From Syncephalis fuscata S228 (Eukaryota > Fungi > Zoopagomycota): 64,000 bases of DNA. The notes below the pieces were generated by a model. The model worked only from the letters and a program-made list of their open reading frames with translations, did not search any database and was not told the origin of the DNA. Both the position numbers and the translations under genes were made by a program. This document shows positions 25,756 to 39,764 of this stretch, piece after piece. Numbering within the stretch: position 1 is the stretch's first letter; every line of letters begins with the position of its first letter. Location: assembly GCA_025786725.1 (NCBI GenBank), contig JAHLTZ010000020.1:410634-474633 (forward strand). Reading direction: 5' to 3'.

Positions 25756-26744
25756 TTATGAGTTTTGAAACTGGGCTAAAAGCTGTTTGAGACGGCGACG
25801 CGACTGCATGATAATCAAGTCGGTGTTGGTGGTCATATTATCAATCGTGGTAGCATCGACCGTAGAATGCAAATGGGCATCTTCGCTACTAGACTTTTGA
25901 TTTCCTTGGTATCTATCCTTTCCAAATACTTTGTCCCATCGCCATTCCCATCGTCTAGTCTCAAGCCCAGCTTGTGTATTCATTATCACTTGTGCGGCCT
26001 CCGATAACTCAGGCGCCATTGTATTAATGGTTGGCCGTTGTAGTCCTTTTCCTTGTCTTTGCTGTTGTTGTTGTAGAAAGTCATTGGACCAATTAGCTGG
26101 GCTAGTGACCGATTTCTCGCCAGTTTTACTTGCTTGCTGGCTATTTGACCATGCGGTATTAAACGGAGTATCAATGGTGGACTGGGTATACACCTCATTG
26201 GTACTGTGCGCCGACCTTACACGATCCAATGCAGAATAATCAAAAATAACGCTTTGTTGTTGTTCCAAGTCATTATTAGATTGCCCCATTCAATAAATTC
26301 GCCATTTACAACATTATTTTTAGAAATAAACGCACGTGTTATCGTTTCATTGTTCCATTCTTCACTAAACTCTTCATCTTTAATATGTGCAAACTCGTAT
26401 TAATATTACCGGTATTGCTGTTTATTCGAGTATTGTCATGCTGCCCCGAGTAAATATCTAGTGGATGAGACGCTACTTTAGAATATACTTGTGGTGTTTT
26501 TGAACGGTTCCAAGAGGTGCCACTCTGTCTCCACATTGTCGTTTACTTTTGATGCTGGAACTGCTGAGCGGAATGGTGCTGGTTGATGTGTTTCGCTACT
26601 AGTATTGATATGTGTTACTAAATGATGGTCAATAGTACCACGCTCGATATGACTGGCCAGTTGTTTCAATAAAGTTGGTCCTTGTTGGCTTGTAGAAGCA
26701 CAGCTATTTTCTAATAAATTTGCATGCTGGTTATTAGCAACCAT
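25756..26744 (-). CDS. Putative Pex20/Pex5-N-terminus-like peroxin, broken into several frames
   Basis: N-terminal Cys motif ENSCASTSQQGPTLLKQLASH; WxxxF-type motifs WSNDF, WDKVF; ELSEAAQVIMN; no TPR region. Confidence 0.4.
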
Positions 26745-27095
26745 TGCAATGCTACTTAAAAACAAATGAATACGCGGGTGTGTGTGTGTGTGTTTATTCA
26801 AATATACACAAAGTAACTAGTTTTACGCTAGCCAAATAATATAACATGGCCTACACGTCAACTAGTGACAAGTGTTTGTCAACAGAGAATGGAGGAGGGT
26901 TGATAAGTAAGTAGATACTAAAGAAAAGAAAGACAGTTGTAGTCCGATCTTGTGATTCTATCGGTGTAATTCACCATCTATTCTCATCGGCCGATAGACC
27001 GACTACAATCTCTACTACTGCCGAGTCACAGCCCTATCACCCAGATCTAGACGGGGTTTTCAACATTCTACTGAACATTATTATAGATATTTACT

Positions 27096-28569
27096 ATGAA
27101 TAACGGTCGACCATTAAGTAGCTATATAAGTCGTGAGACGTCATTACGCATACAACCACGCCAATGGCAACAACAAAAGTTAAAATCAAAACAACATACT
27201 AGTTCAACATCCTGCTATACCAATAGCAATGTGGATCTGTCTATGTGCTTTCGTGGACTATATGTACGCTCTATAGAAACTATAGCTATAGAGCAATCTA
27301 GCTCATTATTGTCGTTATCAAATAATCCTATATTACCTTCTGTAGTCATTGATGCTATTGATGTAGCTACCAATAGTGATTCTATTTTACATAAGCACTT
27401 GGGCACAATTAAACATAATAGTCATAATAGCAATCCAAGTAAATTGGATGTTATCTCTGATACTAGTATCTATTTTGACATATCCTTTATATATAATAAG
27501 CACAGTACTTACAAGTATATATGTATATATAACTACATCATAGTTTACTTTGATGTTATAATTGATCCAGTAGTACCATTTATCTTCAAACTGGATGAAG
27601 ATTACCGCTCAAAAATTGAATATACTTTATTAAACTTTCCGGTAAATCGTATTAATTTAAAATAAACAGCTAATTAATTATTTGAATTAGTACTGGAAGG
27701 ATATGGGATGTACACTTAATAGGAGTGGCAATGGTGGTAAATAATGTTTATAATAATAATTAAATGACTAATCTATTTAGCATTCAATATTCATATTGCT
27801 CGACAATACGAGGCCATTAATACAAGTTTACAAACTGTAGCCAAATTAAAACATTTGCAATTGCGCTTGACTTTTAGTCAGATAAATAATAACGGTAACA
27901 ATCATCAAAGAGAATTAACTAGTGAAATGCTAGGTGATATCGTTGGTTATACATTAAAACAGTTATTTCAAAACTGTGGATCAAACGATATCCATTGATA
28001 TTTTGTCCGATAAATACAAAAGTACACATATACTACACAACATATAGTAATATTGATATCAATACTGTTGTATAGCGTATCGCAATGCAACATAATAGCA
28101 TTCCATCTATTGTTGGTGTATTTACACGAATGATACAACAAAATGTTCAATTTGGTACTAAGTGTTTACAAATAGTTGATCAGCCATGGTTGACTATGAG
28201 AATAAACAATCAAACAGATGAATTGGAAAAGTATTTATCTAAATCACTTTTATCTATAGCACATTATGGTACTCGACAGGTAATAGAATTAAACGCTGGT
28301 TTTATTATAACTAATATCAATTAACTAACCATTTATAGCCTTTATCCTGCTTTTTATCACGTATAGCTGATAACTATCAAAACAGTCAACGTCAATCTGA
28401 TACTGAACTATCTCTGTGGAGTACTACAACCGATGAGTGGACCGATACGGACTCGAATTCTAATGACACAAGCATAAAGTCTTCTACCATTTCAACCATG
28501 GACACAAACTATATCGATGCATGGACAGATAGCGATGATTATTTTACTAGCGATAGCACTGATAGTTAA
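27096..28569 (+). CDS. Multi-exon protein, possible TopoVIB-like (TOP6BL/MTOPVIB/Rec102 family)
   Basis: Spliced reading VVPFIFKLDEDYRSKIEYTLLNFP|YWKDMGCTL (intron 27642-27690); helix GDIVGYTLKQL..IPSIVGVFTRMIQQ; acidic Trp-containing tail ending TAA 28569. Confidence 0.4.
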
Positions 28570-28655
28570 ATAGTATCGATTTATGGTAATATTTCAATTT
28601 GCAAGTTTATTGCACCTATGCCCTCTTCCAGCTATAAAAGCTTAGTACTAAACAA

Positions 28656-30429
28656 TTAGACCAATTCCAAATAGCGACGCAATTCCCAATCCGTAACGGC
28701 ATCCGACCAGAGTGACCATTCATTGCGACGAGTAGCCGCATAGTGATCGACAAATTCATCACCAAGTACCTTGCGAGCAATACTATTTTCATCAGCAAAT
28801 GTTTCGGTAGCTGTGCGCAAGTCACGTGCTAGACGCTCCACTGTAGCATCTTGCGTAACATCACCCGATACTGGCGATGGCAATGGCAGCTTTTCCTTAA
28901 TACCATACAACCCACAAGCCAAACAGGCAGCAATGGCCAAATGAGCATTAATATCGGCGCCAGATACTCGCTACCACAGCACAACATTAGCCACGGTAAA
29001 AATAGTTGCAAGTATAGCACAGATCACTTACCATCTCAAGTCGTGTTCCCGAGGGAGAACATGAGGGCACTGTAATGGCCCGCACTGCTGCCGTACGATT
29101 CTCTCGACCCCACGTTACAACAACAGGTGCCCAATAGTTGGCTACAAGTCGCTTATAACTAATAAATCATGTGTTAATGACAACTGTATACTCATAAACT
29201 ATAGTCCATTTAGTTACCTATTGACAGTTGGTGCTAATATGGCCAAAATACTCGGTAGTCCTGCTAACATACCGGCCAAAAAGTGCTGCATTGTAGCACT
29301 CATATGGGTACAGTCACCTTCTTTCGCCTCATCGCTTTCAGTAACGGCAAACACATTCATCCCTGTGGTTATATCACGTAGACTAAAGTGTAAATGGCCA
29401 CTGCAGCCTGGTTGATCACCATATGGCTTGGCCATAAACGATGTAATCACGCCATTTAATAAACCAATCTGCTTGGCCGATGTCTTAAACAATTGAGCAT
29501 AGTCGGCCATTTTCATAGCACTAGCATACTCTATTGCCACTTCATACACGCCAGGGCCTGTTAACCTGTCAATAAACATACTATTTTATCTATGATAACT
29601 GACCTGTTTCTGTGTGAAGTGCTTCCAATGGTACATCAAATAAACGACACTGCTCAATCAAACTGTAAAAGTAATCTTGTTTAAGTGTTGGCCGCAATAG
29701 AGAATAGCCAAACATGCCGGGTGTTAGTGGAGATAGGTTACGGAAATCTTTTTTGGCCAAAGTGTTTGGTGTTTCTTTATCAAATACATACATAATTAAT
29801 AGTTAATTTGTTGATCAATGTAGCTATTATTAATATTCTACTTACCGTCAAATTGGAAAAACTCAAATTCTGCTCCACACATTGGCTCAAAGCCCAATTC
29901 ATTCAGATCATTGACCACACGTTTCAGTAGACTACGTGGACATACTGAAAGTGGTTCTTGTGTTTCTGGATTTAAGAAATCTACCAAAAGAAAGCCGTAT
30001 TCTTCTCCCATGGAATACGACGATAACTATTCAGATCAATACGTGCCAACACATCGCCGTAACCTATTTTATTTATTAATCAATAAACACTTGTATAATG
30101 GGCTATTTGATAAATTACCGTTTTCTGTATTGCTAATACTTGTCGCTTCAGAATAAGTTCGATCATGAAGATCCCATCCAAATACAACACTGCAAAAACC
30201 TAATACATAATAGCCATTTAATTTACAATGCCTTAATAATAATAACAATATTATTAACAATCTATTTACCAAAGCCATCATCTAATATGGATAAAAACTT
30301 TTTCTTAGACATAAGCTTTCCTCGTAAAATACCATCAATATCAATGCCTGCCACTTTAACATAGTGGTCATCCCGCACTAAATCCTTCAAACGACCCGCT
30401 GTCATGTTGTTGTTGTTGTCCATGGTCAT
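28656..30429 (-). CDS. Glutamine synthetase type I-like (FluG/GlnA-type gamma-glutamyl ligase), multi-exon
   Basis: VKVAGIDIDGILRGK, FCSVVFGWD, GAEFEFF, ALHTETGPGVYE, FMAKP..PGCSGHLHFSL, WGRENRTAAVR, DWELRRYLELV. Confidence 0.9.
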
Positions 30430-31041
30430 AACTGTTATCGTTGCTGCTATGAAGCTATTGTTACAATGGGTCCAAACAAGTAATGTCCACTGTGATATGT
30501 AGACTAGTAAATCAGTAAGAAATTAACGGCAACAAATGTGGAGACAAGAGGAAAAGCACAGCCAACAGGCCAAGCTGCTGGTCGTCGTCAACACATGTTT
30601 ATTATAGAGAGTCGACAGACTATAATAGGTGTTGATATTCACGCTGGGTTATTGCCATTAGCGTGCCAATGGTCAATCATCCAGAGTGACCATCGCTTGA
30701 GCCAATCCCTGTGTACAGAGTAGGGCATGAACGTGGGGAGTGGCCATCTGATTGGGCGGCTCAACTGATTGGTAGAAGCTCTATACTCAAGGCGTATAGC
30801 TCGCTTCGTCATCGATGTGTGAGCAGAGTCATCTCTTTTGGCTACTATCAATCTTCATCCCGTTGCTACCATCGCCACTACTGCTATCGTAGTCGTTTTC
30901 GCTTGCTGTTAGTCGTGCTCTGTGGTGCTCATCTGTCGATCGGCCGTACGATTCCGTCGTTTGAGCTGTTTTGACTCTGCTTGTATACGCATATCATTAG
31001 TCGTTGCCGGCTACGGCATTTTCATTCCTATCTTTCGTTTT

Positions 31042-31068
31042 CTACTACTACTACTACTACTACTACTA
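31042..31068. repeat. (CTA)n microsatellite
   Basis: ctactactactactactactactacta. Confidence 0.9.
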
Positions 31069-31177
31069 TACGTTTAACCAACCAAGTGACGTACGGGCCA
31101 TACTAGCACCGTTTGCGTCTTTTATTTCCTTGCTGTTTTATACAGATCTAAAGTCAGGATAGAACAGAATAGTCAAT

Positions 31178-31728
31178 ATGAATCCAGCTAAGCAGAATAA
31201 AATTGACCTTAGTGTAAGTTGCTACCTGGGTGTTACATGACGGCTACTATTGCCTTGACAAGGCTTATTGACACTAATTGGGCGGCTTGTCGCTGGTGCT
31301 TGAAACAGTACAACTAACGAATATGTCTAGCAATTTACAGATGAAGAAAAGGCCATTTTTCGCAAGTACGGTAAATTGCCGACGCGCGATATTGCTCGTA
31401 ACAAGTTCCAGGCAAGTAAAGCATAATGAATGACATCAATTTATTTTGTAACTGTGTTTTAACGGGCATTTAATAGGAGCGTAAGTACTTTGACTCGGGA
31501 GACTATGAATTAAACAAGGCTGGCCGTCAAGATGCAACAGTGGGTGTACAGCATCCCTCGCCTGACAAAATCCCACATGGAGCCAGCACTGCTGCTGCCT
31601 CGCAGCATTTAGGCAAAACCAATGCCTCTGCTGTTCAGCGTGAAAGCAGCTTGACACATGAGGCAACAGAGGAGATAACTAATGCTGCTGAAGCCGTGGC
31701 AGCGGCAAAGAAGTTGGCTGCTGAGTAG
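31178..31728 (+). CDS. IGO1: Endosulfine/ARPP-19 family protein (Igo1-like), 3 exons
   Basis: FRKYGKLP ... ERKYFDSGDY ... HPSPDKIPH; GC-AG intron 31412-31476. Confidence 0.9.
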
Positions 31729-32026
31729 ATTGACAAGCTATCCATTTGTTCAATTAATGGTGCTTAAGAAGATATTTGTTTCGTCATTGCTCTGTTCAAC
31801 TGTCAGCTAGTACTTTTTTGATAGTTTGAAGCAGATAGAAATATATTGGTTAAATCTACGTTTATAGCTTTATTCGACGATGTATATTATCTACGTAAAT
31901 GATTCATGTGATGGTGTGTATGAGGTTCAAATGAGTGTTTATAAAACAAAAAATGTTTTTTTTGTATTTTTTATTTTTTGGCCTATTAGTAACTACTGGC
32001 GACACAGCCATTAATTGTTTTGTGTT

Positions 32027-33309
32027 ATGGCGAAAGGTTCTGATAAAAAAGCTGTTGGCAGTGGCGGAAAGAAAGCAAAGCTAGATGGTAAAGATGCGGC
32101 CAGTGTTGGCGAGACGGCCGCGTTGCAAAAACTAAGTGCATTTGGTGCTCAATTTATGGCTGCACTTGGTGCTGGGCAGTCTTCGCTTGCTATGGCGACA
32201 GACGAGCAACACAGCGATTCAGACGACGAAGGTTCGGCAATCTCCAACGATAGCGATCACGGTAAGCAGTGTACTTTTTATTTACTGAACAGTAAGCTAT
32301 ATATAATATAAATTACAGATGCAACGACTATCGATACACCCGCTACAAACAAACAACCATCGGCAAAACATCAGCATAAAAAGACGACGACCGTGACAGT
32401 AAATGAAGTAGAAGTAACCGTGTTTAAGGATCCAACAGCACAGCGCATTGCTACAACTAATAAACGAGACTATAAAGCGTTCATGGTGAGCTCTATTACG
32501 CTATTCATGTGACCAGTGTATTAATCAACAATGTTTATACTTACAATAGTCATCCAAAATAGACAAGATTAACAATGTAAAGCCAAACACAACACCACAA
32601 ACACAGCAAGAGCAGCAGGAGGAAATGTAAGCATGTTTATTCTATTATTGTCATTGTGTTATTCATATTTGCATTAGTGAAGATCGGCTTCATGACAAAG
32701 AGCTTAATGATCTACTCCAAAGCTCCAATCTTATTGAGCGTATTGGTAAGCGATTATAGTGGTATCTATTCAGTTGCTTATATTACAACTGTTTAAAGCC
32801 ACCGAGCAGCTAGCAGGCAAAGATAGAAAAAAATACTTACAAGGAAAGATGATTGAGCTAGGTGCCAAGGTTGGTCAATATCATTTACATCTATACACTT
32901 GCTGATGATACAGCTCCATACTAGCCAATTAAGAGTCCAAGTCGATTGCCATTTAATGTTCATGTAGGCATTCAAGATAGCAGAAAGAAAAAGGTCGAGC
33001 AGCATTTAGAAGAAGTAAGTATCATGTACAGCTATTGGCTATGGGCTAACAACAGCATATTAGGCACGTAATATAGGCATGTTTCGTACTTCGCTTCGTC
33101 GTGAGCTGGAGGATCAGATTGGTGTTAAGCGTAAGAAAGAAGAGATGGTGCGCAAAGATCGCGGTATGAAAATGGCAGTTGGTAAATACAAGAATGGTGC
33201 GTTGCATATCAGCGCCAATGAGCTACGAGCAATAAACCGTGAAGGAAGTTCAAGCGGTACAAATCGTCGAGGCAATGGTGGACGGGGCGGGAAAAAGCGT
33301 AAACGCTGA
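32027..33309 (+). CDS. Faf1/C1orf131-like 40S biogenesis factor (multi-exon)
   Basis: DYKAFMSSKI, DRLHDKELNDLLQSSNL, DRGMKMAVGKYKNGALHIS, basic tail GGKKRKR. Confidence 0.7.
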
Positions 33310-33361
33310 TAAAAGCACATGTTTTGTTAAATAAATAAATAATTCATTTGGTGTGATCAAC

Positions 33362-33994
33362 TTAGTACCACGGATGCGTGATGTTTATTAAGATCTGGTA
33401 GTAGGATTCAAAATTAGGTATACAGGCAAATCCAAAAATAAAGGCTGTAGATGAAATTGCTACCACGTACGCTCCCGAACGGACCTGATCAATGTTAAAC
33501 AGATAAGCAGGATAGAAGACGCATCTTGCTAATAGATGCAGGCAAGCAAGCGTAGCAGTATGTGCAATAGATGCTTTCTGCACGTGAACAGCGATAATGG
33601 CTGCGGCAAATCCAGGAAATCCTTCCAGTAAGTTTTGGTGAGCAGCCACTGCGCGATGCGACCATCCGCGAAGATTATTGCGTTCCAGTCGTGGCGCCTA
33701 GCCAGGGCTTAAGTAACTCTATAGCTTGCTTTCAACTGCATATCACTCTACCTTGTTATCCAAACCGTTTGGTAGGCCTGCAGCTGCGCCAATCAAACAA
33801 CCAACCGAGCTGAAAATATAAGTAAATACAAATACTAAAGCCAATATAATAAATGGAACATTTTTCAGTTTATCCGAAAAAAGCAGTGGAAGTGAACGTA
33901 TCAACTCCAGCTGCTCTAAACGAGCGGTCACTAAGAAGCCGGCTCCATACATGGCTGGTAATAGAATGGCAAGTTGAATTGCGTTAGTCTGCAT
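33362..33994 (-). CDS. MAPEG family membrane protein (2 exons)
   Basis: GLDNK|APR..LRGWSHRAVAAHQNLLEGFPGFAAAII, LARCVFYPAYLFNIDQVRS; several TM segments. Confidence 0.85.
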
Positions 33995-34487
33995 CTTGGA
34001 AGAAATAAATAGACAATGCTGTGTTGAGTAGTTTGACGCGTTGTCATATTTAAAAATGGTTGGTTTTAGACAAATCAGTATGACAATTACGTTTCACAGC
34101 GCCAGAGTTTGAATTTTTTGCCTAATCAATATTCCCATCACACATTTATTAGATCAATAAAGGTAGGCTGTCAGGACATATCATTTAACAGTACAATAAT
34201 GAGGCTATTTATATTAGATAACCAGCCATATTGTAACAAGTCTTTTCTAAATAAAATAAAATAATACTAAAGAAAAAATTAATAATTAATATATATATAT
34301 ATAGCTATGTGTATATTTATATTGAGTGTATATTACCTGTGTATTTTGAGGTCTACGACTAGTTAACCTGAAAGTTTAGCTTACAATACTATGAACCACC
34401 ATGTGCACAGCCATATGAACAATGGTGGCGGCAATTAGCATTGTCATCTTTATTATTAAAATATTAAACTATTATTATTTAATGAAT

Positions 34488-36053
34488 TTAAAGCGGCTCA
34501 GGTACAAAGCTCGTAATAAGCGTCGTCTTCCCATTCATCAATAGCATGTGCCCGAATGCAACTACGCAGTATTCTACATCTGATGTTGGAAACGGATAAA
34601 CATTTACATTACCTGTTACGATATCAATAATACAGTATTGATCAGCAAAAATCTTATAAGCAATAATTTTTGTATCAATAAGGTGTTTAAATTGATAAGC
34701 GCCGGGGCATAAGATCTTTAAATCAATGCAATGCTGAATCTCCCCATCCAATAATGAAACAATAACTAATATCAGTCCAAGTTTTAAGCAAAATGCGACC
34801 AGATTATGCGTTGGAATTAAAAATAAATCTTTAAATTCGCTTGCTGGATAGTTGCATTCAAAAATGACTCCCTTGCTTAAAAAATTGCTCTGATGTGCCG
34901 CCGCCAACTTTTCATATTGCCACTTGAAGTTTCTTTGAGTGAAGGACAGTTGTAGCAAAATAGCAATCGATTGCAATCAATTAAATAAAATTTTAACTGT
35001 GGCATGGCTGGGTTATTGGGCAAACAAAATGACCTGATGTAATTCGGGCATTAATAAGTTGACATCGAGAGTTAATAATACGCGGGTTATTTTATACAAA
35101 ATCCTTTTTCTGCAAGTACCGTATTGCAAAAGTATTATTTCGCTATTGTTCACTGTGTGTATTTTAAAATCGCTACTTTCACCAATGTTTGGAACATTAA
35201 TGAATTGACGCCTACGCATTTGTGTTTTTGAAAAATCGCTATACAATAGCTTAGTGTTAGTGTTTTGAGTTTGGAAAAATAACACAGATGCATTTATAAT
35301 TCTACCATCCCGATCGCCATTGAAACCGATCGATTGTAGCAGTTGGCAACTATTTGCGCTCCATATTTGAAGTACGTCTGAACGATTTCCATAGCGTTTC
35401 AAATGCAGAATTACGTACATCCCTTCATTAATTTCATCTACTTGCTGTCGATATTAATAGAATTTTATGCTTTTATCGCGTCTATGCCTTCTTTACATAT
35501 ATTTATCAAATATGTTTTGGTCGTATTTTCCAGTGAGATTTTGATCAAATTAATCTGAAGATGCCAATTATTTGTTATTGCAAACCAACCAGAGTAACCT
35601 GCAATAATCTTTATCTTAAAATATGCTGGATGAGTTGTTTCATCTACAAAAAAGGTATCTGTTATTTCGGTTATAACATATGATTTTAGATGAGCTGTCA
35701 ATGTTGGTTTATTCCTTTGCCAATTTAGACCCATGCTAAAAGTTGCCTGTATAATTGAACCCATGTAAATTTTAGTGCTGTTTCGTTTTTCTCATCAGCT
35801 ATTGCTTCTAATACTTGTTGCTTTTGTTTTAATTGCCATGTAACTAATCGATGTCGGTGTTGATATCACAAGAAAAATCACGCTGGTATAGTTTGTGCCA
35901 TAGACTATCATATTTTATGGTAGAGCCATACAGTGTTTTACAAGTACATGCCAAGACAACTGTAACAGTTATCTCACTCGACATCGATATACGATGAACT
36001 ATCTCAACAATTTGCCACAACTTCGGCAGTATGTTGGTATTCTGTGCTGTCAT
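34488..36053 (-). pseudogene. Decayed F-box-like/beta-rich protein gene related in layout to 52656-54316
   Basis: VVLACTCKTLY..LWHKLYQRDF and NWQRNK parallel ILLAASCRHLR..LWRMRYLENF and YNWQQGR; broken into four ORFs by stops and frameshifts. Confidence 0.6.
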
Positions 36054-36611
36054 GGTAAAAATAAAGCTAAACAAATAAAGTTGCAACAAAAACAGGTCTT
36101 TGGACTAAATAAAATAGCATGGCAAACTGCAGATAGAGCACATTTAAATTTAGTATTTTAATACCGACAACCACTTTTTTGTAAAGTAGTCTATCTACAC
36201 AGTGTAGCTAAATGTAACATGTTTTTTATTTATAAAATTAAAGTGATAGTTTACATATTAACCAAATAATGTGTTGTAAATAATCTATTTATAACACACT
36301 AACCTTATTATATAAGCATTTATTTGCTACTTTTATTACTTAATTTACTGATAATAATTTTAAATTTCTACATCTCAATATTATGGTTATATTGTTATGA
36401 TAGTATATCTAAGAAACACATTATATGATTGAAAACTATCGCATGTAAACAAACAAACAAGAATAATATATATATCGGATATCAGCATTGATTGCTAGCA
36501 ACACCACGTTATAAATATGAATACATTTTATTATCATGAATAGACCATTTGCTCTTCATAATTTTTATCGCATTCTAGCGTGCATTATCATTAGAAATAA
36601 AATATTTACAA

Positions 36612-38334
36612 TTACTTAATTAGCGGTCCTTCACAACCGGGATGTCGATGATGTGTAGCTGGATGTTGATCATGGCAAATCTCTATCTGACGAACCCATT
36701 TATCATCCAGTGCTTGCGCAATAGTCCATCGACGAGATGCATTGGGGCACAATAGACCAGAGATGACTCTCCATGCTTCGGGTCTTCCAGGCAGTAGTCT
36801 ACGCATATAGGTAGCTACACTGCCATTAGCTACTGGTGGTTGTGAGTATCGGAGTCCATTGGATCCAGCCATGGACGGTTCTTTGGAATCTTGCTCCATC
36901 TTTTCGTCTTTTGCAAAAGCTGCCTTGTCGGAGGCATCTGCAATGCTGCGCATTTCGCTATAGCGGCGATATGCATCGTCTGTCGAGGGACGGGCTATAC
37001 GCCATGGATAATGGCGTTCGACCATACAAATAAACGTCAGCCCAACAGCCCAGGCATCTGCAAATTGGCCGTTAAAGGGATGGGAAAGATAGACCTCAGG
37101 TGCCACATAAGGCTGGCTTCCTTTGGCTTTTTCGCATTGTCGGGTACGCATTTCCCAGGGAGCACGAACGACTTCGGCACAGCCAAAATCAATGATTTTA
37201 AGTGTCCCATTTGGTGCCACAACGCAATTTTCCAATTTAAGATCCAGATGAGCAATACCCGCTTGGTGAAGATAGCCTACGCCTTGAAGTAATTGTGCAA
37301 AATAGCAATCGACAGCACTGTCTGTCGTAAACAATGCATTTTCACTTGCCAGCAAATAAAATAGATCGTGTGGGCAATAATCCATGATAACGTAGGCTCG
37401 GTTATTTTCAAATACAATATCCAATGTTTCAATGATGTTCTAAAAATTAGATGTAAGACATATCAATAAAGCAATCCATTTGGCGCTAGTTGCCTACCTC
37501 ATGATGTAATGTAGAAGCGATGCAGTACTCTGCCGTCAAACGTTTAATGTATTTTCGCTGATCTTCATTTGGATTACGTTTACGAAATTCTTTTACGGCG
37601 TATAGTTTAGTTATTTGGACGTCGCTTCTTTGCGTTGCTGCTGGCAAAGACCCGCCAAAAGGGTTAATTCGTGGTCGGCCGCCGACCGTGCGCCGAAACA
37701 CACGTACAGTTCCACCAGTACCTTGACCCAATATACGGCATTGACGGCCATATTTCTCTCGTAAGGAACCTTCTGTCGACACGGATGGTGCAGGCGATGG
37801 TCCAGTAAAGACAGATGAGCCTTGACTGTGATTCACGGAAGATAGCGGCGCACCACGTCCGTGTGGCCCTCGTGTATGGAAAAGACGACGTAATGGGTCC
37901 AGAGGCGAGTCCTTGCGTAGATTTTCTTTTTGCAATTCGACCGTTCCTTTATCTACTGGTGAGGCATTTTTTGATGATAGTGGCGAACGATTGATAAGAG
38001 TTGGATCATGCACAGTGGCGCTCCTAGCCGACGGATTGTGCGGCAGCGGCAAAGGAGACGTCGATAAAGGAGGCGGCGTGGCAAGTCTATTGGAAGGGGC
38101 TGATATGGCGGCGGTGCTGCTGCTGCTGCTTGCTTGATCTATTCCTAGATGGGCTGCCTGTGCCAAGGGAAGCTGTGGTACCGTGCTATTCGAGTTAACC
38201 TTTGGCGAGTGGTTTACACGATGATCTGTCGTTTTGTTAGCTAGTAACGGATCCACCTTGGTAGAATCAGGCATAGTGACCAGGTTTGGCAATGGTTCCA
38301 CCAAGTCTGCCTTGTTGGAATTAGATGCTGACAT
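36612..38334 (-). CDS. HAL-family Ser/Thr kinase (Sat4/Hal4/Hrk1-like), 2 exons
   Basis: [65 protein letters not shown]. Confidence 0.9.
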
Positions 38335-39764
38335 AAGAGTATCACAAGCAAACAGAGAATGATGTTTAGTTGACGATATCAACCAAACGAAAAAGCTGGT
38401 GTCGCCACCGAGGCCAACTGTTAAAAATGTGTAATAATAAAGTAACTGGAAAGTGGTACAATAAGTCAGGGTGCGTGTGGGTAAATCATTAATTTGTAAA
38501 AAAAATTATACGAAACTTTATGAATCCAATTTTTCCGGATGGTTGATAAGGAACGTGGATTCAGTTCGGAATACAATTAAAATTGCTTCATACGCTCCCA
38601 TCATCCTGATTATAGGATTAGCTTTGAATCCGTCGGGTTTTACTTGCACTCAGCTGTATGTCAAATAGGGACATCTATTTGTCAACTTATAGACATTTTT
38701 GATGGTCCACCTTTACTGACTAATGATTGGTACGCCATTCACAGATAACGTAGTAATTCGGCAATTTTGCCATCATTGATAAAGATAACAAGGATAATGC
38801 AGGTGGATCATTGGCTACTTAGAGTAAACTATATTTAATTAGCAATGCTTAATTAGTGCAATGTGATATTTACTGCAAGTTAGAAAATTGATTATTCTAA
38901 TTAATAAAATATTCCAGTACAAAAAACACTGTATTTAATTAGTTAGCTGGATAAAAGACTTTCTTTAATAAACTAGATATCTGGCACTTTATATTTGTTA
39001 ATGTCTAAGCCAAGCAATAGCAGCTTTTCCCTACTGTCTTTTATTGTATCGCAACTTCTAAATGGAACTACTAATTACGCGTATGAAAATGTTAATTCAT
39101 AGAATTCTATAATAAAATGGAATTCTCACGTAAATTTAGATCGTATTCACTGTACTGTTAATGGCAAAATTGATCAAAAAAGATATCACATATATGGATA
39201 TACTGCTGATTCATAAAGATAATTAAAATATCTAAAACGACTTTTATTGGTTGACTATCATAATAATGGCAATCAAAATATGATAGTAATACTATAAGTA
39301 ACATTGCTAGAGCTATATAGAAATGTGAATAATAAAGTAAAGCCTACTTTAACTGTATTTAGCAAGCTTCATTCATTATACTATTACGTACTATTGAATA
39401 CTCCGTTACACATAGCTATATGTGCACATCAGTAAATAAACTTTCATTTAAATGATGCTAACTCTCTTGTAGCATCAATAAACATAGCAACCACCTGATA
39501 TCATCTTTTATGTAATTTAAGTAAAATAATTTTTTAACTGTTATTGTGGTAAGGCGCGTTATATATCATATAACAGGCCGGCTTGCGATGGCTATAACAT
39601 ACCATTTAAGCACTTATTTATATTTAACATATCTATAGCCACATTATTCATTTCAACAATTATAGCAATAATTTATTTATTTGCTTATTATATCGATGCT
39701 ATTACACTAATATTGATTAGCACATTATTAATTACGTGTGATTTGGTGCTCAACTACCTAAATC

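Noticed and set aside
28656-30429. Horizontal transfer of a bacterial-type glutamine synthetase
   Set aside because: Intron-rich, and GSI/FluG-like genes are widespread in fungi
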